This document shows, piece after piece, positions 1 to 8,500 of a DNA stretch of 38,544 nucleotides (positions within the stretch are counted from its first letter, which is position 1; the number at the start of each line of letters is the position of its first letter). This DNA comes from a virus (Duplodnaviria; Heunggongvirae; Uroviricota; Caudoviricetes), in IMG/VR virus record IMGVR_UViG_3300017917_001353, positions 1 through 38,544 of that record. One strand, written 5' to 3'. The position numbers and the translations under genes are program-made. The notes below the pieces were generated by a model, which was given only the letters and a program-made list of their open reading frames with translations, was not told the DNA's origin and did not search any database.

Positions 1-89
1 CCAATGTAGTTCTTGCCATTGACCACAAGCTCATAGATGATGTGGTTGCGGTCTGCTCGCTTCTTGCGGGGAGTGTTTTTTGCTTCCAT
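1..89 (-). CDS. GIY-YIG-like endonuclease, N-terminal fragment (runs off the window edge)
   Basis: Hand translation from ATG at 89: MEAKNTPRKKRADRNHIIYELVVNGKNYIG. IIY-x9-YIG fits a GIY-YIG motif. The ATG is 6 nt after a TATAAT box. Not in the ORF track. Confidence 0.65.
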   Translation of the reverse strand, partial: MEAKNTPRKKRADRNHIIYELVVNGKNYI

Positions 90-95
90 GTGTGT

Positions 96-124
96 ATTAT
101 AGCAAGGTTTTGCCAAACGAGCAA
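96..124 (-). promoter_or_regulatory. sigma70-type promoter, probably making a leaderless mRNA
   Basis: TTGCTC (124-119), 17 bp spacer, TATAAT (101-96), then ACACAC-ATG with no Shine-Dalgarno. Confidence 0.75.
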
Positions 125-159
125 CCAAAGACCCTACACTGGGCAGGGCCTTTGATTAT
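121..159. repeat. 39-bp direct repeat, copy 1 (stem-loop plus start of the -35 box)
   Basis: gcaaccaaagaccctacactgggcagggcctttgattat is identical at 499-537. On the minus strand it folds as AAAGGCCCT-9nt-AGGGTCTTT. Confidence 0.9.
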
Positions 160-162
160 ATA

Positions 163-444
163 TTACATATACGGATTTGCCTCTCCAATAACGTCCCAAT
201 ATGGCACTTTAAATGCCTCTGCAATATTCCTGCACATATTATCTGCACCCGTTAAAGTCCACGGGCATACTTTAACTTTAAGTTGAGGCGGATTAACTGC
301 AAAATATGCCCTCATTATCTCACGCACATTATTAACAGCCGTTTTATAATCCGCTGTTTTACGTGCGTTAATAGCAGGCCTATTTGCCTCAATATACTGT
401 AGCAGGGCTTTTACTTGCTGTTTGTTTTGAGGTGCGTAGTGCAT
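163..444 (-). CDS. hypothetical early phage protein (93 aa)
   Basis: ORF with AAGGAG SD and its own promoter at 474-502. No recognisable motif. Confidence 0.75.
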   Translation of the reverse strand: MHYAPQNKQQVKALLQYIEANRPAINARKTADYKTAVNNVREIMRAYFAVNPPQLKVKVCPWTLTGADNMCRNIAEAFKVPYWDVIGEANPYM

Positions 445-473
445 ACTAGGGCTCCTTGTTGCGTTAAAAATGT

Positions 474-502
474 ATTATAACACAGTTTGGACAGAAGCGC
501 AA
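474..502 (-). promoter_or_regulatory. sigma70-type promoter with extended -10
   Basis: TTGCGC (502-497), 17 bp, TGn-TATAAT (479-474). Leader TTTTAACGCAACAAGGAG is shared with the promoter at 900-928. Confidence 0.8.
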
Positions 503-537
503 CCAAAGACCCTACACTGGGCAGGGCCTTTGATTAT
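499..537. repeat. 39-bp direct repeat, copy 2
   Basis: Exact match to 121-159. Like copy 1, it begins just after a stop codon on the minus strand. Confidence 0.9.
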
Positions 538-540
538 CTA

Positions 541-870
541 TTATACAGTGGCAAAATGCTGTTCAATAACATTTTTTACAATGTTAGCACTTTGTTGACT
601 GCGTCCACCAATATGCCAACAAGTAATATTTTCTTTATCTAAGCCCTGTGCGCCTAGATAATTTTTACCATCTTTATAATTGTATATAGTGCAAACTACA
701 CCATTAATAACTACGTCCCAAGCGCAGTCGCTTTTATAAGGGTCAATACCCCCATTAGGGTTTCCAAATACATTAACCAGCGTTGCATAATCGCAGTTAA
801 TATAACCTTGCAAACAAGTGCCATTAATTTGTCGCCAATCGGTAACTTTTGCAATTTTAAATTTAGGCAT
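541..870 (-). CDS. hypothetical early phage protein (109 aa)
   Basis: AAGGAG SD and own promoter. The pattern GTCLQGY..LV..FG.P..W..TIY..K..WHIGG resembles a small-protein family common in large phages (recognition only). Confidence 0.8.
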   Translation of the reverse strand: MPKFKIAKVTDWRQINGTCLQGYINCDYATLVNVFGNPNGGIDPYKSDCAWDVVINGVVCTIYNYKDGKNYLGAQGLDKENITCWHIGGRSQQSANIVKNVIEQHFATV

Positions 871-899
871 ATTGAAACTCCTTGTTGCGTTAAAAGTGT

Positions 900-928
900 A
901 TTATAAGCCCAAAAGCCCAAATCTGCAA
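900..928 (-). promoter_or_regulatory. sigma70-type promoter
   Basis: TTGCAG (928-923), 17 bp, TATAAT (905-900). The -10/leader block 878-906 matches 452-480 at 28 of 29 bp. Confidence 0.8.
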
Positions 929-1018
929 GAATACCCAGCCAAACAGAGTGTGTATTTTACGCCACAGGCCCGGCACTTCCGCCCTCATACTTTAGTACTA
1001 CTGTATATACATATAGTC

Positions 1019-1058
1019 AAAAAAAAGTACTAGGCCAAATACCTCCTAGTACCTTTTT
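1019..1058 (-). terminator. intrinsic terminator of the tRNA transcript (possibly bidirectional)
   Basis: 8-bp stem GTACTAGG/CCTAGTAC (1027-1034 with 1045-1052), 10-nt loop, T8 on the minus strand and T5 on the plus strand. Confidence 0.75.
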
Positions 1059-1088
1059 AGTACTGATGTTCTGCAAGTCACAGCCACC

Positions 1089-1262
1089 AGTCCCGATCCC
1101 CATGTTCCTACTACTTTCGTAGTGAGCCTTAACCACTTGCCGCCTATGGTCGGGGACTCGAATCACACTGCGCTCAGTCTAAGACATTTTGCTCAATACA
1201 GTTTACTAGGATCTCTCAGCCGGCAAGCACCTGACCCGTTCACTGTACATATACTGTGATTC
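1089..1262 (-). ncRNA. candidate structured, pseudoknotted ncRNA in the tRNA 3' trailer
   Basis: No ORF. Hand-found helices: 1255-1262 with 1160-1167 (8 bp); 1242-1248 with 1196-1202; 1233-1237 with 1209-1213; 1146-1158 with 1089-1103; GAAA-tetraloop hairpin 1110-1123; crossing helix 1221-1228 with 1135-1142. No family assigned. Confidence 0.5.
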
Positions 1263-1286
1263 TACGGTTTCTCTATATAGTGTAAG

Positions 1287-1364
<78 letters not shown>

Positions 1365-1385
1365 ACTGTACACATAACACTAGTT

Positions 1386-1414
1386 ATTATACAGTCTAAC
1401 CCTAGGTTGGACAA
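1386..1414 (-). promoter_or_regulatory. sigma70-type promoter of the tRNA/ncRNA transcript
   Basis: TTGTCC (1414-1409), 17 bp, TATAAT (1391-1386), about 20 nt upstream of the tRNA 5' end. Confidence 0.75.
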
Positions 1415-1635
1415 TGGATTTACCGTGAAAAATGGTGGTTTTTCTGGCCATTTTTGGCCTAGAATGAGGTCAGAATAGGCCGATTTTCTAGGATTTTGGG
1501 GCACAATTGACGCAATTTGGCCACCGTTTTCTAGGGTCTACACTGTGATCTAGGCTGTGGTGGAGAGAGGTTATAGTCAAATACTCTCCCACAATCTCTC
1601 AGGTTCTCCACCGTAGTCCACCACCCCCACGGGGC

Positions 1636-1790
1636 CCCTATAGCGGGGTTTTCTACACACACCCTACAGCGGGGTATTTGGCTGTATATAGTGTATAGTG
1701 TGCTTAGGCTGTCTTCCTGTGTGCGTTCGCTACGCTCACTTATGGCGCTGCGTAAAGAATCTCTGATCTGCTACAGCGGGGTATTTGGCT
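1636..1790. repeat. dispersed 20-bp direct repeat in non-coding DNA
   Basis: ctacagcggggtatttggct at 1664-1683 and 1771-1790, with a degenerate copy ccctatagcggggtttt at about 1636-1652. Confidence 0.8.
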
Positions 1791-1898
1791 ATATGTAGTG
1801 TTGATCTATAGTCTCTATACTGCTATAGTTGTTCTATACAGTCTATGTGTACACAGTGATCTAGTCGCTCTTTATAGTAGCATGTGCAGTTTCACTAG

Positions 1899-1925
1899 TG
1901 TATATGTATATGTATATGTATATGT
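1899..1925. repeat. (TATATG)4 microsatellite
   Basis: tg-tatatg-tatatg-tatatg-tatatg-t, directly after the stop codon of the minus-strand gene ending at 1925. Confidence 0.9.
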
Positions 1926-2638
1926 TAATCCCAGTTTAAGATCTGTGGAGGAACTCGTGTATGTTTGGGTTGAAACACTCTGGGCACGTAGTCAGCATTC
2001 TCTATGTAGGGTGTAAGTAGCTCTTTGTTAAAGTCGAAAGCCATAACCAGTCTGGGTTTCGTGCCTAGATGTCGTACTCCGTGATATACGTTACTGTCAT
2101 CAAAGGCCATTAAGTCGCCGTCACTCCAAGTATAACGATCGTTTTCTAGATCAAACTCTGCGGCTGGATCTGTGCTTAGTCCTAGATGACAGCGTAGGTT
2201 GTGCTGATTAGTTTCGGGCCCGTAGTGGTGATTGATCCTACTGCCGGGTTGATTTAGGTAAAATACTAGGCTACCCAGGTGTTCTTCATTGGTTTTTGCC
2301 CAATGACCTACAGTGGGCATTAGATCGTAGAGTTTATGCAGGAACAGTGGCTGTGTCTGATCCTTCCATATATAGATACGCTGTTTGTCCGCAGGGCTAG
2401 CAGATTCTGGGCGTACCATTAGGGGTACTGCGTGTATGCGACCCTCGTAGATCAACCGCTGTTCGTGTAGCGTAGTAACCTGGGGTTTGGTACTGGTTTC
2501 TGTAGGGTTGGGTTCTAGACAGTTAGCAATGCCGTGTATGTTACGGCGTAGTGCAGCATATTCATCACGGATCTTTGTCCAATTCTCGGTGAGGTAGTCA
2601 GTGTAGGGGTTACTTTTTAACTTTAGTACGAGGCTCAT
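1925..2638 (-). CDS. aspartyl/asparaginyl beta-hydroxylase-family 2OG-Fe(II) dioxygenase
   Basis: Motif series PGSRINHHYG, LRCHLGL, YTWSDGDLMAFDDSNVYHGVRH, RLVMAFD is typical of the Asp_Arg_Hydrox family. Confidence 0.8.
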   Translation of the reverse strand: MSLVLKLKSNPYTDYLTENWTKIRDEYAALRRNIHGIANCLEPNPTETSTKPQVTTLHEQRLIYEGRIHAVPLMVRPESASPADKQRIYIWKDQTQPLFLHKLYDLMPTVGHWAKTNEEHLGSLVFYLNQPGSRINHHYGPETNQHNLRCHLGLSTDPAAEFDLENDRYTWSDGDLMAFDDSNVYHGVRHLGTKPRLVMAFDFNKELLTPYIENADYVPRVFQPKHTRVPPQILNWD

Positions 2639-2858
2639 CTCTAGGGTTGTCCTTGGAATTCTGCTCAGCCAAATGCTCTAGATGCTGCCATACTTCATAT
2701 TGGTTCTGGGCACTGTAGGCCAAGAGTTCGCGGACCAATCCGTAGGCATAGACCCAACTGGCTGTGCCCTTGTAGTTATCCATGCCCGGTTGTACCGCAC
2801 GATCAATTAGACTGCGTAACCTGGCCTGCCTAGTTTCTGCCTTTTTATCACCGTTCAT
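2610..2858 (-). CDS. hypothetical protein (82 aa)
   Basis: ORF starts 4 nt after an exact TATAAATA box and overlaps the start of the dioxygenase gene. Confidence 0.65.
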   Translation of the reverse strand: MNGDKKAETRQARLRSLIDRAVQPGMDNYKGTASWVYAYGLVRELLAYSAQNQYEVWQHLEHLAEQNSKDNPRDEPRTKVKK

Positions 2859-2862
2859 GAAA

Positions 2863-2870
2863 TATTTATA
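2863..2870 (-). promoter_or_regulatory. T4-type late promoter consensus TATAAATA
   Basis: Exact octamer, followed by TTTC-ATG. Related boxes precede other genes (see findings). Confidence 0.6.
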
Positions 2871-2925
2871 GATCTGGACAGTGTCTGTAAATACTGGACC
2901 AACGTAAAGAATCTATTTTATATAC

Positions 2926-3738
2926 ATGCAGAACAGAGCAGCACCCACAATAGTCACAGGCACACGACCCGGGCGTGTGAACACAGTATTCCGTATGAGC
3001 CCCTTGGCTACTTGGTTCAAGGTTCTGGCTCGACAGCCCGGTATAGAACACTATGCGATCGGTAATACCCGCAAGAGCCTGGTGGGTACAGGCACTGTAC
3101 AGCGTTTCCCTAAGGTACAGATACAGGGTCGTTGGCTGATACCCCTGCTCACACACTGTCATGTATACCCCCTGGGTCGTGGGGGTCAGTTTGCGGGCTT
3201 TACCAGCACGGGCTATTGGTTTGATGCTGGCTCGGGGGCCCTACTGGGCAACTGCCGCTACAGTGACAATCGCAGCCTCACAGCCATGCATGAGGGCATG
3301 GGCCCCTGGGACTGGGTTACCAATGATCGCGTAGAACTGGGCCTACCCAAGGACCCCGTCACAGTGGACTTCGGCCTCAGTGAAATAGCCTACGTGAGCG
3401 CTTGGACACAGTGTGGTACCAGCATGAGTGCGGCCTCTGGGGGTATTGGGCAGGGCAACGCCTACGTCATGGGCCCTGCTTACAGCCTACCCGAACTAGA
3501 GATCAAGCGCCGTGTCAGTATTGAAACGGGCAACAGACCCGGGCAGGTCTGCTATACTTGGACCACCCAGACACAGCAGGGCCAGGGTCCTATTCAAGAA
3601 GAAAACATTAGGTTTTGGATCAACACGGGTCAACACACTATAGAGGGGGTTGAGTGTTCAGTGGATGTGGTCCACGTGGACGAAGCACGGGTTCACAGTT
3701 GGATACGTGAGCCCAGCACGTGGCGTAGGCTGACTTAA
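2926..3738 (+). CDS. hypothetical protein (270 aa)
   Basis: Long open frame, convergent with the next gene with a 4-nt overlap. No motif recognised. Confidence 0.7.
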   Translation: MQNRAAPTIVTGTRPGRVNTVFRMSPLATWFKVLARQPGIEHYAIGNTRKSLVGTGTVQRFPKVQIQGRWLIPLLTHCHVYPLGRGGQFAGFTSTGYWFDAGSGALLGNCRYSDNRSLTAMHEGMGPWDWVTNDRVELGLPKDPVTVDFGLSEIAYVSAWTQCGTSMSAASGGIGQGNAYVMGPAYSLPELEIKRRVSIETGNRPGQVCYTWTTQTQQGQGPIQEENIRFWINTGQHTIEGVECSVDVVHVDEARVHSWIREPSTWRRLT

Positions 3739-4454
3739 ATCCAGGTCCAGTCCTGTCCGTGTACGGGGGTCAGGCCAATATGACTGCGCTGTATAAAGTA
3801 ACGGTCCGAGCCCAGGCCCAGTTGATCCACTAAATTGGCGTAGACGCTGTCCACACAGATGATGCTCTGGGCACCCTCAATAACACTGATCCAATCCCAA
3901 ATGGTGTAGCCCTTGATAGGCCGTATTTCCACAGTCTGCCACTCTGGGGGTACAATGCTGGGGTCAAATGACGCCCGAACATCACTGCCCTCTAGGTGTG
4001 CTACCACATAGTTAGGGTTGGTAACGACCTGTGCCATAAGGGCTCGTTCACGTTGTGGGTTACGTGTGATGCACCGGGCTAGATTCCATTTTTCCAAGAA
4101 GGGTACACCTGCCCTGATGTATTTGTACTGATCAAAACTGGTATATTGGAAATACTTTTCTTCTGAAAACTTATGATTGGTCAGATGCTGGTACAAGGGC
4201 AACAGTTCATCTACCTTTAGGTTACGTAGACGCTCAACGGGTACGTCATAGAAATAACGTCCCGGAGGGTCGTAGGGCACGGGCACCCAATTAACCCAGG
4301 GTGCGCCTTCCTGCATATCCCAAAGGAATCGTTCATCAATGGGCCAATAGATGTCCCAGTCTCGATCAGCGTACCAGCGGGCAATGGGGAGAGCGATCAC
4401 TAGATCGCCCAGGCCCCTACTTTGAATAATACCTAGTTTTTGTCGTTTGCTCAT
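3735..4454 (-). CDS. GT9 (heptosyltransferase)-like GT-B glycosyltransferase
   Basis: N-terminal SRGLGDLVIALP and C-terminal WISVIEGAQSIICVDSVYANLVDQLG, matching the GT9 pattern L..li..a..fig.DSg..hlA.alg. Confidence 0.7.
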   Translation of the reverse strand: MSKRQKLGIIQSRGLGDLVIALPIARWYADRDWDIYWPIDERFLWDMQEGAPWVNWVPVPYDPPGRYFYDVPVERLRNLKVDELLPLYQHLTNHKFSEEKYFQYTSFDQYKYIRAGVPFLEKWNLARCITRNPQRERALMAQVVTNPNYVVAHLEGSDVRASFDPSIVPPEWQTVEIRPIKGYTIWDWISVIEGAQSIICVDSVYANLVDQLGLGSDRYFIQRSHIGLTPVHGQDWTWI

Positions 4455-4597
4455 GCAGTCAAATAAGTGATAACATTGCCCCGCCCGTATTGGGCTTCGG
4501 CTAGAGGAATAACGTCAGTAGCATAGTCTGCGTGAATTTGGACCCAGGCAGTACGGCCACGATCGCCACCAACAGCAATAAGAACTCGGTACAGCAT
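4451..4597 (-). CDS. small conserved-looking phage protein (48 aa, below the ORF-track cutoff)
   Basis: MLYRVLIAVGGDRGRTAWVQIHADYATDVIPLAEAQYGRGNVITYLTA. It has a GAAAGGGG SD and a consensus promoter, and its TGA overlaps the next ATG (ATGA). Confidence 0.75.
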   Translation of the reverse strand: MLYRVLIAVGGDRGRTAWVQIHADYATDVIPLAEAQYGRGNVITYLTA

Positions 4598-4627
4598 GTT
4601 AGACCCCTTTCAATTAAGTATGTATAT

Positions 4628-4656
4628 ATTATACAGCGGTTTTACCTATAGGTCAA
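4628..4656 (-). promoter_or_regulatory. near-consensus sigma70 promoter
   Basis: TTGACC (4656-4651), 17 bp, TATAAT (4633-4628). Confidence 0.8.
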
Positions 4657-4686
4657 CCTATTTTTATGTTGTAAAATTACAACAGT

Positions 4687-5466
4687 TTAGAAGTACTCAA
4701 TGTGGCTTCTAGCAGGGAAATAGCACTCATTACGTTCTAGAGGCATGTCTCTGCGTGTTTCACAGCGTATATCTCCTACACCCAGGCCTACTGCCAGGGC
4801 GTAACATTGGCTTTGGTTGCCAATAAAGCATTTGGCTCCGGCAATAACTTCTGCTAGTTCTAGCATGTCCGAAGTCTTGTGATGCGGTACTGTCCAGCCC
4901 GTTAACTGTCTAAAATAGGCGTACTCATCTTCTAGGCCTACAAACACAGCACTGTCTTCCCAACGTCGCTTTTCTTTCCAAAACGCCCAGTGCTTGGGTA
5001 GATCAGGCGGTAACCAGCGTGTGGTTCTATTGATAACGATCTGACGACCTAGGATCTGTCTGGGTTTAGGCACAGACAGCCAAGGGCGTGTCTTAATGAT
5101 CTTTGCAGTTTCTGGACTGGTATACAATCCAAAGATGTCTGCGTAGAGATCTATGTAATTGGTAGGGTGATGCACAAAGGGAGGCCTAAAGCGATCAAGG
5201 TTATGACTGATCGCTGTTTGACGCTCATCTAAGACATCAAACTTGGTAATGTATTCTTGTGCTTCCATAAAGGGCCGCATGTACTCAAAGTCTTGTAGAG
5301 TCATGCGTCCTTTGTGAAACTCACTAGGAGGACTGTTATAATAGTGCAGTCCTACCCAGTCTAACTGGTTAAGGTGTAGATAAAACTCGCCGCCGCCTGT
5401 ATACTTGGCCACGACCATACCATAGATTAAATCACCTAGGGCACCGGAATGTTTGTATGTGTTCAT
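4687..5466 (-). CDS. GT9-like GT-B glycosyltransferase
   Basis: HSGALGDLIYG at the N-terminus and MLELAEVIAGAKCFIGNQSQCYALAVGLG near the C-terminus. Confidence 0.7.
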   Translation of the reverse strand: MNTYKHSGALGDLIYGMVVAKYTGGGEFYLHLNQLDWVGLHYYNSPPSEFHKGRMTLQDFEYMRPFMEAQEYITKFDVLDERQTAISHNLDRFRPPFVHHPTNYIDLYADIFGLYTSPETAKIIKTRPWLSVPKPRQILGRQIVINRTTRWLPPDLPKHWAFWKEKRRWEDSAVFVGLEDEYAYFRQLTGWTVPHHKTSDMLELAEVIAGAKCFIGNQSQCYALAVGLGVGDIRCETRRDMPLERNECYFPARSHIEYF

Positions 5467-5558
5467 GTTGCGAATATTTACAGTCTTGCTGGATCACCAC
5501 TAAATTTTTTCTAACTAAATACGATTTAACGGAATCTCTCTAGGAAATCTATAAAGTT

Positions 5559-8500
5559 ATGAGTGAAAAAAAGTATTATACGATAGGTGCAACCACCCCT
5601 GAAGCGTGGGAACGTATTCATGCAGTGTTGACTCAGGATGGTACCCTAGACGATAATATACCACCTAGATCAGTTGAATGCGTGGACCTAAAGGAACACA
5701 GTCCCACAAGAGCAGTTTATCTATTAGATGATAACGAAGCCGCACAATTAAGTCAACACCCAGATGTAAAGTTTATTGAGTTAGATAGATCCAAATATCC
5801 AGAACTATTTCCTTCTCCGCCTAACGAAGATTTCCATTACGGCAATAGATACACCGCACCAACTAAGAATCACAGAGATATTATAGCAGGCGGCTATCCA
5901 AATCCTGTAACCACAGCCGACATCAACAGATCGGGCTTTCAGGTACTACGCGGCTCTACTCGTAAGAACCCGTGGGCTACTGCAACTTCTGTTGTTTCGA
6001 GCAGAATTCCAAACGTAACAGGCACAGGTAAAGATGTAGACGTTATCGTTGGGGACGAGGGCTGCTGGTTCGGGCACGTAGAATTTGCCAACAACACAGG
6101 TACAGGCCCTGCTGACTACATTGGCGGTAACCCTTTACCAGGTAACGGAACCTGTGACCTACTGGACCTAGTTCTAGACGGTCCTTATTATATTGACCCT
6201 GCGTGGTTCAATGCAAACCCTGGTACACGATTAATGACACGTTGGGATGGAACGATTGTCCCTACAGAAACAGCAGCCAGAGCTTGGTGGAGTAATGCAG
6301 CACAGCGTTCTGCACAGTTTGCCAGTGCAGGTACTGTGGCAATTCCTAGTTACTACACAAGAGCAGACTGTAACGGATCTAACACAAGTAAGCCTACCTA
6401 TCCAGACGGCGTACACGGAACACCTTGTGCCGGACAGACCTACGGAAGAACACACGGCTGGGCCTACAATGCAAACAAATGGTTTGTAAATGCCTACGGT
6501 AATTATGGACTTTGGCCAGTTGACAATTACTTTGATGTGATGAAAATATTCCATCAAACAAAGCCCATTAATCCTACATACGGTAACAAGAACCCTACAA
6601 TATCTAGCAACAGTTGGGGATATCGTGCCACTCAGGGCAGCACAGGTTATTATTATTTTAGACAAGGTACATCGGGCACAGGCGGAGTTGCTTATAGCTC
6701 TAAGCCTGCGTTCATGCAGTATCTAGGCAGTACAGGTGACGGCGGCCGATTCAAAGGCGAAATGATTGACAACGGATTGACCACAGCAGGCGATGAAATG
6801 ATTGCTGCCGGTGTTATCTTTGTTGCAGCCGCAGGAAACAGTAACCAACAACAGGTAACTTCAGATCATCCTAACTACAATAACTATTGGAGTTCTAGTC
6901 CATCTACACCACTGACAAGTGCAACACACAACGAGTTCGGCGAGTCCTGCTACAACACAACTAATCGAAGAGGTTTCCCTCAGCACATCGGAAAATACTA
7001 TTCTGGAACAGCAACAATATACCCTGCGATTAATATCGGTGCGTTAGACGACGACTATGCTCCAGGTAGTAAAGAGCGCAAGGTAAATTACAGTGACATG
7101 GGTAATGACATTGATGTCTTTACACCAGGAGATGGAACAATTTCTGCAAACTACGGCTCTGGTCTACTGATCCCTCGTTATGATCAGCGCACTGAGCCAG
7201 GTAGTATAACATCTTATGATGCAAGATTTAACGGAACTAGTTCAGCATGTCCAACCGCTACAGGTTTAATTGCAACTATCTTAGAAAACAATAGAACATG
7301 GACATGGCAGAATGTAAGAAATTGGTTACACGATCTAACTCCTCACACTTCTTCTACATTCTATATCGGAGTAGAACCAAGCACGGCAACAGATCCTTCT
7401 TGGTCAGACCTAAACAGCCTTCAAGGCGCTGCTCCTCGTGTATTATATAATGCTAGTCTGGTTGCTACAACTGCAATTAATTTTGTATCCTTAAATGCAT
7501 ACAGTCCAGCGTCTACTCAAATTCCTGTAACTGCATCGGGTGGCACAGGAGTTTACTCTTACTCAATTAGTCCTGCACTACCTGCAGGGCTGTCATACAG
7601 TTCGACTGGTACACTATCTGGTACGCCAACGGTTCTTTCGTCAACAGCAACTTACACAGTTACCGTAGATGATCAAGACGACGTAGCATCTGCTACATTT
7701 AGTTTAAACGTTTATGCAACACCCCTAGTATCGCAGTTAACAACATCAACTGTAAAGATACAGCCGTTAACAACTACCACAGCATTTACGCCTGTAACAG
7801 TTACCGGAGGTAACGGCGCAAAGACCTTTGGTATATCACCTGCATTGCCAGGCACACTAACAATCAACGCAGCCACTGGTCAAATCAATCCAGGTGTTGT
7901 AACAACATTGTTTACAACAACCTTTACTGTAACAGTATCGGATCAAGTAGGACAGAGCACTTCGAAACAGTTTACACTGATTTCTGAAGCACCTCCCCTA
8001 TCTTTATCAGTTGACTACCCTACAGTAAGAATTAACCCATTTGTTACAATATTGCCTATCGCTCCAGTCTCTACCGTTGGAGGATTTGGTACAAAGACTT
8101 ACAGCATCAGTCCGTCTTTGCCCGGTACACTGACTTTCAATACAGCGACCGGCGAGATTGGAGCAGGTGTTGTAACAACATTGTTTACCACGACATTCAC
8201 GATTTCTGTAAGCGACCAAGTAGGTCAAAGTTCTTCTACGCAATTTGATTTAGTATCGGAGATTGTACCGTTGTCCGTTAATACACAGGTTGCCTCTAGA
8301 ACCGTATTAGCATTACAACCAATATCTCCCTATGTGCCTGTTGCAGCCGGCGGCGGTAGTGGTGTCCTTACATATTCTGTAACTCCTGCACTACCAGCAG
8401 GAATTGTATTCAATACAGCAACTGGTCAGGTATCTGGTACTCCTAGTGTACTAGTTAACAACTCTACACATCTAGTTACAGTTAGCGATCAGTTAGGACA

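Noticed and set aside
121-537. Two identical 39-bp palindromic repeats as a CRISPR mini-array
   Set aside because: They are 378 bp apart with a whole gene and promoter between them, and no cas genes are present. They fit regulatory cassettes better.
890-1020. Possible fourth cassette: TTGACT at 1020-1015 and a 32-aa hydrophobic ORF at 988-890
   Set aside because: There is no acceptable -10 box at 16-18 bp spacing and no SD, and the ORF runs across the next promoter.
1190-1240. TPP riboswitch (minus strand GGUGC..GCUGAGA..AUCCU..AAACUG)
   Set aside because: Only the P2/P3/UGAGA half resembles the aptamer. The P4/P5 half is not in register, and no coding gene follows before the terminator. 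An Rfam scan would settle it.
1059-1286. Known self-cleaving ribozyme (theta/HDV-like, hammerhead, pistol) in the tRNA trailer
   Set aside because: No HDV-like fold begins at the tRNA 3' end and there is no CUGAnGA/GAAA core. The GUGGUUAAGGCUCAC hairpin lacks the downstream pistol elements.
1798-2016. 72-aa ORF with VYVYVYVY
   Set aside because: An artefact of the (TATATG)4 microsatellite. It has a TTG start, no SD, and overlaps the real minus-strand gene.
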